Shown here piece after piece: positions 57,584 through 64,000 of a DNA stretch of 64,000 bases. Positions within the stretch are counted from its first letter, which is position 1. Each line of letters opens with the position of its first letter. The position numbers and the translations under genes are program-made. The stretch is from assembly GCA_016286995.1 (NCBI GenBank), contig JAEEVA010000012.1:6372-70371 (forward strand), given 5' to 3'. This stretch comes from Prevotella sp. GTDB lineage: Bacteria; Bacteroidota; Bacteroidia; Bacteroidales; Bacteroidaceae. The notes beneath the pieces are model-generated. The model did not search any database. It was not told where the DNA came from and saw only the letters and a program-made list of their open reading frames with translations.

Positions 57584-59446
57584 TTAATAAATCGGAGTAC
57601 CACTCATGTTGGCATCAGCGACACCTGATCCCCAACCTGCGTTCTGCTTCAGGACTTCAGGATTGTTGGCAATACTGATCTGTGCAGGAGGAATCATCAG
57701 GAAGCCGTCAGTCTCAGCATAGCGCTGTTTCCATGAAGACGTAGCGTGTTTCATTCTGGTCCACTTCATGGTGTAGTTCACCTCAGAACCATTCTGCTTT
57801 TCAAGCATGGTGGCAGCCAAACAGCCCTCGCCACCGTCCTTACCCGACCAGCGGCGCAGGTCGTTGAAACGGATACCCTCACCGGCAAGTTCCCAACGGC
57901 GTTCGTTCTGGATGTTCGCCAGCGTAGCATCAGTCTCTGTCACACCGGCACGACGCTGTACCATATTCAGATAAGTACGGTCACCCGTCAGCTCGGCATG
58001 CATCAGCATGACATCGGCCAGACGCAGCAGAACCATGTCGGCATAGTGCTCACCCTGGAACGAGTTACCGTTGTTCTGGGCAATCTCACCACCGCCAATT
58101 TGTTCACGCAGGGCACCCCACCAAGTATAGCAGGTGTTGAAGTCACTCCATGTGGAAGCAGGACTTGTGATAGGCATCCACTTCTTGTTGTAGAGACCGG
58201 CATCCTCAGAGCACGAGGTCGTAAAGACAAAACTGGGAATTTCGGGAGTATCGCCGAAGTGGTCTGTGCAACATACGATGGTAGCTCGTTTACGCGGGTC
58301 ACTGTCGGGCCATTCGAGCCACAGGTTGGCATTGATGGTACCCTGACCCCAGCCTTGACCGAAGGGCAGCTCATCAGCATCACCGTTCACGTGACCGGCA
58401 CCGTCGTCATCACAACGCAGACCGCAGTAGAGTGAAGCCTGGTTGGTGAATCCCATGGCAATGTTACCATTCCATGAACCAGCGTTCATATACTGAACCT
58501 GGAACATTTCCTCCGTGTTACCATTGCCTGCCCAATACTTACCTGCTGCAGCAAGGTCAGCGACGAAAGAATAAGCAGGAGCAGAAAATTCGTTGGTATA
58601 CTGCCACAGCAGTCGGAAATCCTCTACCAGTTTGTAACCGCTGTTCTTGATAGCATCTTCAACGGCAGCAACTACCTGAGCCTTGCTCAGTGATGTGCCG
58701 GCACCCTCCTGCTCGAAGCCGAAAGCGACTTCCGCGGGACTAGCCTTGGTCATATCGCCAACCTTCTTGTAGAAGCCCTGATAGAACAGATAGGCACGCG
58801 CCAGCATACCGGCAGCGGCACCACGTGTAGCATGGCCGTCGCCAAACTTGGTAGCTCCGTTGCTCATCAGGCTGTATGCACTGTAGAAGTCTGCCAGGAT
58901 GTGCGGGAAAATTACTTCATCGGCACTCTGCTGGGGACAGGGATCGGGAGCTGCAGCTGCCCAGTAGGCAGGGATGTCACCCCAGAACTGTACGCCCCAC
59001 AGATAGAACAGACCACGCATGAAGTAGGCCTCACCCAGCAACTGGTTGCGCACCTTCTCCTGACCAGTCCAGTTCATGGCGTCGACCGCATAGATGATGG
59101 CATTGGCACGGGCTATACCTACGTAGGTATTATGCCAAGCATTGTCAAAGAGATTTTCCTTGTTCGCTGTCAGATGACCGATAGCGTGTGACTCTACGTC
59201 ACCCGTACCACCGGCACCATTGGCGTCGTCAGACATAATATAGTTCACGAACCAAGGCGTCTCCAAGGGAGTAGTGCTCATTTGGTTCATCACACCGTAG
59301 AGGGCTGCCAGCTCGCTGTTCAGGTCGTCTGCCGTAGCAGGGAAGTTGCTGGTGTTGGCCTGGGTGTAGTTAGAGCTATCGAGCGCATCTTCACAAGAAG
59401 CGAAGGTGAAGAGGGCTGCGATGGCCAGTAAATATATCTTTTTCAT
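57584..59446 (-). CDS. susD: SusD/RagB family lipoprotein
   Basis: FASC lipobox, 'GEAYFMRG', 'LRLADVMLMHAE', 'ERRWELAGEGIRFNDLRRW', 'QNAGW'. Confidence 0.93.
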   Translation of the reverse strand: MKKIYLLAIAALFTFASCEDALDSSNYTQANTSNFPATADDLNSELAALYGVMNQMSTTPLETPWFVNYIMSDDANGAGGTGDVESHAIGHLTANKENLFDNAWHNTYVGIARANAIIYAVDAMNWTGQEKVRNQLLGEAYFMRGLFYLWGVQFWGDIPAYWAAAAPDPCPQQSADEVIFPHILADFYSAYSLMSNGATKFGDGHATRGAAAGMLARAYLFYQGFYKKVGDMTKASPAEVAFGFEQEGAGTSLSKAQVVAAVEDAIKNSGYKLVEDFRLLWQYTNEFSAPAYSFVADLAAAGKYWAGNGNTEEMFQVQYMNAGSWNGNIAMGFTNQASLYCGLRCDDDGAGHVNGDADELPFGQGWGQGTINANLWLEWPDSDPRKRATIVCCTDHFGDTPEIPSFVFTTSCSEDAGLYNKKWMPITSPASTWSDFNTCYTWWGALREQIGGGEIAQNNGNSFQGEHYADMVLLRLADVMLMHAELTGDRTYLNMVQRRAGVTETDATLANIQNERRWELAGEGIRFNDLRRWSGKDGGEGCLAATMLEKQNGSEVNYTMKWTRMKHATSSWKQRYAETDGFLMIPPAQISIANNPEVLKQNAGWGSGVADANMSGTPIY

Positions 59447-59472
59447 AATCTTATATACCTTATTATATTATA

Positions 59473-62400
59473 TTAGAACTTAATGCTTGCACCAACAATC
59501 CATGTACGGGCCGAGGGATACAGACCGACATCTATGCCACGAATGAAGTTCATGCTGTTTGCAGTCTTACCACCGTCAGAAGCACATTCGGGATCAACAC
59601 CAGTGTAGCCTGTGAAGGTGTACAGGTTCTGAGCCTGGACATAGAGACGCAGCTGCTGGAACGGAGAACCCTTCCACAGCTTGTTGAAGTCGTAACCAAG
59701 AGTGATATTCTGAATCTTGAAGTAGTCAGCATCCTGCATATAGCGGGTAGAAACCCACTGGTCGTTAGTGTGACCGACAGTCAGACGGGGCTGCTCATTG
59801 CTCGTGCCTTCACCATGCCAACGGTCGAAGACGTCGGTGGTGTACTCATTGAACGGGTTAGCCAACAGAGCGGTACGGTAGCACTGCATGATCTGCTGAC
59901 CGAATGCGCCGAAACCGGTGACACCGAAGTCCAGGCCCTTCCAGTCGAAGCCAAGAGTGATACCGAGGGTCACCTTCGGATGGGGAGAGCCAATCTCATG
60001 ACGGTCTAAGTCGTAGTTGATAGTGCCGTCACCATCGTAGTCGTCCCAGATGGGATCACCGGGCTGTGCTGTGGCAAGCACGGCCTGTCCATTGGCACGG
60101 GCAGCATTTATCTGATCCTGATTCTGCCAGATACCGCTATAGGACATACCGCTGAAGTAACCTACAGGGTGACCTTCCTCTACGAGAGAGACGTATGACG
60201 AGTTCTGGAACAGCGTGCTGGCGTAAGCACCGTCAGTACCAATCTTTCCACCGGCAGCAGCCAGACGGGTCACCTCATTCTTATTAGTAGCGAAGTTGAC
60301 GTTAGCATGATAGTTGAAGTCGCTACCAATCTTGTCGCGCCAAGAGAGTGCTATTTCAACACCAGTGTTCTTAATGTCACCACCGTTGATCATGGCAGGT
60401 TCCTCGTAGCCCAGAACCTCGTTCATAGGAGCCTGTACCAGCCAGTCCTTCGTCTTCTTGACATACCAGTCGAAAGCCAGTCCGAGACGGCCGTTCAGGA
60501 AGCGGGCATCAAGACCGATATTGGTCTGTTCTGATGTTTCCCATGTCACATCCTCGTTGGGAACGTTTCTGGCGTAGGCACCGGTATTGTAGTCACCATT
60601 GACGGTAGCGGTCAGGTCGTTGCTGAACTTATAGCCATAGTCTTTATAGTCCGTCGGAGAGAAACCGATGTTCGACAGGTAGTAGAAGTTACCGATATTA
60701 CAGTTACCATTCTGACCCCAGCTAGCACGAATCTTCAGGAAGTCCATCCAACTGCGAGTGCCTTCCATGAATTTCTCGTTGGTGATAACCCAACCAGCAG
60801 ATACTGAGGGGAAGTATCCCCAGCGCTTGCCACGGGCAAAGTTGTTCGAACCGTCGGCACGGATGATAGCTGTCAGCATGTATTTCTCGTCATAGTTCCA
60901 GTTGGCACGGGCAAAGAACGATGCGATGCTACCCTGTGTGGGGTTGTCATAGCCACCATAACCAGTCATGGCAGAGGCGGGGAAGTTCGACGGTATCGTG
61001 TAGTCCCAGCCATTGTAGACCAGCGAACCGGGTGAGGCTGTTGAGAAGTTCATTGACATGCCGGTGCTCCAGTCAGAACGCTCGTACGACTGACCCACCA
61101 ACAGGTCGATGGTGTTCTTGCCAAGCTGAGGCAGAACATACGACAGGGTATTCTCAATCGTGAAGCTTGAACTCTGGCCTTGACTCATGTTCAGGCCATA
61201 GTTGATGCTTGCACTCGTACTGCTCGAGTTATAGGGCAGGCTGATACTGCGGCTATTGCTGGAGCTGTAGCCCGTATTAAACTGTCCACGGTAGCGGAGG
61301 TTCTTGATAGGCTCGACAATCCAGTAGAACGTAGCGCCAACACCAAAGTCGCGGTTCTTGTTGATAGAGTTGAAACCGCCAGCCAGGAAGTGGTTGAGCG
61401 GGTTGCTGTAAATCATGCCGCTATAGCCATTGTCAGGAGAATAAGAGGCAATGGTACCGTCAGGATTATAGGGCTTCACCAGCGGAGAGGCCACGTAGGC
61501 AGCCTGCATGATGTTCCAATAGCCGTTGCCCTCAGCCAAGTCATGGCTCTTATGATACCAGTAGCTCACGTTTTCACCGATGGTAATCAGGTCATGCTCC
61601 TCACCCAGCAGGTCTTTACCCTTGAGCAAGACGTGTTCCGAGTTGATGCGGCCGCCATAACGCTTGTAGGTAGAAGCGTTGTCGCCACCCATGATACCCT
61701 CGTTGGAGCTGTAGTTCAGCGACAGGGAGAACTTTGAACGGTCGGTACCACCATTGAGCGTTACAGCGTGGCTGAACTGCAGGGCATTCTTGTTCTCGTA
61801 CTCCTTGAACCAGTCAGTACCCTCCCAACCGTTGTTAACCTCGTCGAGAATAGACTGCGGAACCAACGCATTCCATTGCGGCAGCTGACCGTATGTATTC
61901 ATATATGTCTCATTGATAACCTGCATATACTGCTTGGCATTCAGCGTGCCGGGCACCTTATAGGCATTCGACCAACCCACGTAACCGTCGTACTGGATAG
62001 ACAGCTTGCCAGCCTTACCCTGCTTGGTGGTCACCAGGATGACACCGTTGGCAGCACGGGCACCATAGATGGCTGCAGAAGCAGCATCCTTCAGCACGTC
62101 GATGCTCTCAATATCGTTCGGATTCAGACCGTTCAAACCATTATCGGCCGTACCGGCATTGATACCGTCGATAATCAGCAGAGGTGAGCTCTCACCGATG
62201 GTACCCACACCACGGATGTTCACCTTGAAACCCTTACCTGGCTGTGTAGAACTTTGGGTGATGTTCACACCAGGAGAAGAAGCCTGCATAGCCGTCAGCG
62301 CATTGGTGGTGTTCAGCTTAGCAATGTCCTCACCCTTCACCTGAACGGTAGCACCCGTCACCAGCTTTTTCTTCTGCACACCATAACCCACAACAACCAC

Positions 62401-62757
62401 CTCTTCAAGTGAGGTATTGTCCTCCTTCAGCGTGATGTTGAACGTTGACTGGTTGCCAACGGCAATTTCCTGAGTCACATAGCCGATGTACGACACGACA
62501 ATCGTAGCACCTGGCGACACCTTGAGAGAGAAGTTTCCGTCGAAATCAGTAATGACACCGTTTCCGGACTTACCTTTTTCAACTACGCTGGCACCGATAA
62601 CTGGCCCCTGCGCATCGACTACAGTACCTGTAATCTGCTTCGTAGCCTGCCGAACCTCCTGAGGAGCCCCTGCAGCATTGGCATCCGACGAATATCCCAG
62701 TCCCAACAGACCCAGGACACCCATCATCAGCGCTGTCTTTCCAAAAGTTTTAATCAT
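59473..62757 (-). CDS. susC: SusC/RagA TonB-dependent transporter
   Basis: 'LEEVVVVGYG', 'DIESIDVLKDAASAAIYGARAANGVILVTTK', 'WGYFPSVSAGW', C-terminal Phe. Confidence 0.96.
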   Translation of the reverse strand: MIKTFGKTALMMGVLGLLGLGYSSDANAAGAPQEVRQATKQITGTVVDAQGPVIGASVVEKGKSGNGVITDFDGNFSLKVSPGATIVVSYIGYVTQEIAVGNQSTFNITLKEDNTSLEEVVVVGYGVQKKKLVTGATVQVKGEDIAKLNTTNALTAMQASSPGVNITQSSTQPGKGFKVNIRGVGTIGESSPLLIIDGINAGTADNGLNGLNPNDIESIDVLKDAASAAIYGARAANGVILVTTKQGKAGKLSIQYDGYVGWSNAYKVPGTLNAKQYMQVINETYMNTYGQLPQWNALVPQSILDEVNNGWEGTDWFKEYENKNALQFSHAVTLNGGTDRSKFSLSLNYSSNEGIMGGDNASTYKRYGGRINSEHVLLKGKDLLGEEHDLITIGENVSYWYHKSHDLAEGNGYWNIMQAAYVASPLVKPYNPDGTIASYSPDNGYSGMIYSNPLNHFLAGGFNSINKNRDFGVGATFYWIVEPIKNLRYRGQFNTGYSSSNSRSISLPYNSSSTSASINYGLNMSQGQSSSFTIENTLSYVLPQLGKNTIDLLVGQSYERSDWSTGMSMNFSTASPGSLVYNGWDYTIPSNFPASAMTGYGGYDNPTQGSIASFFARANWNYDEKYMLTAIIRADGSNNFARGKRWGYFPSVSAGWVITNEKFMEGTRSWMDFLKIRASWGQNGNCNIGNFYYLSNIGFSPTDYKDYGYKFSNDLTATVNGDYNTGAYARNVPNEDVTWETSEQTNIGLDARFLNGRLGLAFDWYVKKTKDWLVQAPMNEVLGYEEPAMINGGDIKNTGVEIALSWRDKIGSDFNYHANVNFATNKNEVTRLAAAGGKIGTDGAYASTLFQNSSYVSLVEEGHPVGYFSGMSYSGIWQNQDQINAARANGQAVLATAQPGDPIWDDYDGDGTINYDLDRHEIGSPHPKVTLGITLGFDWKGLDFGVTGFGAFGQQIMQCYRTALLANPFNEYTTDVFDRWHGEGTSNEQPRLTVGHTNDQWVSTRYMQDADYFKIQNITLGYDFNKLWKGSPFQQLRLYVQAQNLYTFTGYTGVDPECASDGGKTANSMNFIRGIDVGLYPSARTWIVGASIKF

Positions 62758-62835
62758 AATAATGTTTTAATAATATTGGGTAAATTGTTTTGGTTTGTCA
62801 ATGTCTTCGTTTTCACTTGTTTTGATTTTCGGCTG

Positions 62836-62843
62836 CAAAATTA
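62836..62843 (-). promoter_or_regulatory. -7 element (TAATTTTG) of susC
   Basis: TAnnTTTG consensus about 80 nt upstream of the start codon. Confidence 0.6.
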
Positions 62844-62991
62844 AGTCCTTTTAACGAAAACGAATAACTCTATTTTATCAAAAACCGACACTTTCTTTTC
62901 AGGCAAGCAGCTTTTCCTGTGTTCCCCAATATGTCATTATAAATATGATAGGAAATGAATGCCATGATAACCATCATTTGCTCATGAAAGA

Positions 62992-63070
62992 AAACTCTAA
63001 CTTTGCAGTATCATTGAGATTGGTGAGTACTCGTTGAAAAAATATCAATGACACTGCAAAGTTAGAGTTT
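62992..63070. repeat. 26-bp inverted repeat whose arms each contain TAACTTTG
   Basis: aaactctaactttgcagtatcattga ... tcaatgacactgcaaagttagagttt (one mismatch). Confidence 0.85.
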
Positions 63071-63445
63071 CTAATATCCCCTTTGGGTTTATTGTTTCAC
63101 TCTATTAGTTTTTGTTGTATTCTTTTATTTTATTCAGGAAAGTGGTAGTCTTTGCTAAGAAAGTTCAAGGCCGTTCCATCAAAACTCACTACCTTTGCGG
63201 CCGTAAACAAATAGCGAGAAGGCTGTGAAGTTGAATATATTTGTTTAGGTATTACTTAGATTGATTGGAAAAAGATTGATTTCAGAAAACAAATCACTAC
63301 TATGGTACAATATTACTGAAATCAGACATCTGAAGTGGGACGGCGAAGTGATTTCGATGTCCCACTTTATCTATAAAAACACGCTTGCAGGGTTCCTTAT
63401 ATACGGCAGCAAAAGTACGAATTAATATTGAGAAAACCAAAAAAA

Positions 63446-63480
63446 TGCCCAAAAAGTTTCAAATGCAAACTTTTTGGGCA
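63446..63480 (-). terminator. Terminator downstream of the Rpn-family gene
   Basis: tgcccaaaaagttt...aaactttttgggca. Confidence 0.65.
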
Positions 63481-63503
63481 AATATGGATTGTTTAGAATG
63501 AAC

Positions 63504-64000
63504 TTACAGCTGAGCTATGTCCTCAACGGTTAATCCTGTGTATTTTGATATCAACTCGGCAGACATGCCGTCTGACTTCATGCGACGTGCTGACTCAAGG
63601 GCCTTGCCACGTTCACCTTCAGCACGCCCTTCAGCACGCCCTTCAGCACGGCCCTCAGCACGCCCTTCTAATTTACCTTCTCCACGCGCTGTGGCCATGG
63701 TGTTCTCAAGAATATGACGATCCATCCAATAGCTTTCGTAAGCCCGCTGCTCCTCACGGCTCATCTTCATGATGGCCAGTCTCTCTCGCGCTTCCTTCAG
63801 ACCAGGGGCATCGGCATCGTCAGGAATCTCACTGGTAGAGAGAAAATATAGCCACTGCTCCAACGGAACACGAGACCATTGGTTGAAATCATTGACCTTC
63901 AGAATGTAATATTCGGGATAGAGCTGGTAGACATCGCTCACCTCAAATTTCTGCTGCTGATAAGGGCTAAGCCTGAGCAAGTCGCCGCTGTGAATGCCAC
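63504..64000 (-). CDS. Rpn / PD-(D/E)xK nuclease family transposase-like protein (5' end outside window)
   Basis: 'PEYYIL', 'LEQWLYFL', (EGRA)n repeats and 'ELISKYTGLTVEDIAQL'. Confidence 0.88.
   Translation of the reverse strand, partial: GIHSGDLLRLSPYQQQKFEVSDVYQLYPEYYILKVNDFNQWSRVPLEQWLYFLSTSEIPDDADAPGLKEARERLAIMKMSREEQRAYESYWMDRHILENTMATARGEGKLEGRAEGRAEGRAEGRAEGERGKALESARRMKSDGMSAELISKYTGLTVEDIAQL

Noticed and set aside
63504-64000. Rpn-family gene as an active IS element
   Set aside because: No terminal repeats are visible, the gene is cut by the window edge, and EGRA repeats are normal for this family.

Overview
Bacteroidota DNA, most likely a rumen or gut Prevotella/Xylanibacter-like organism (TAnnTTTG promoters, SusC/SusD pair, Prevotella-type short repeats). 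The core genes are der, comM/yifB, ald, rnhA, argS, tRNA-Leu(TAA) and a TPP-riboswitch-controlled thiamine uptake operon. There are three accessory blocks. (1) A ~10.4-kb glycoside hydrolase island (GH2, GH29, GH115) splits comM at codon 64 and supplies a replacement 5' end, but has no visible integrase. (2) A ~9.3-kb AT-rich operon encodes two PD-(D/E)xK-like proteins, a membrane-anchor-free EssC/EccC-like FtsK ATPase, WXG100-like proteins, zinc-ribbon/YARHG membrane proteins, an LRR-like protein and a macrodomain. This is a type VII secretion-like or conflict system in a diderm and is the strongest novelty candidate. (3) A SusC/SusD locus has no CAZyme and lies next to three copies of a DUF6057-like + TolB-like module, each TolB-like protein carrying CxxCH. 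The window also contains several dispersed repeat families (some in frame inside argS, GH2, a transporter and comM), an unannotated 32-aa ORF with a repeat-rich leader, and candidate sRNAs. All family calls come from motif recognition by eye; no database searches were run.
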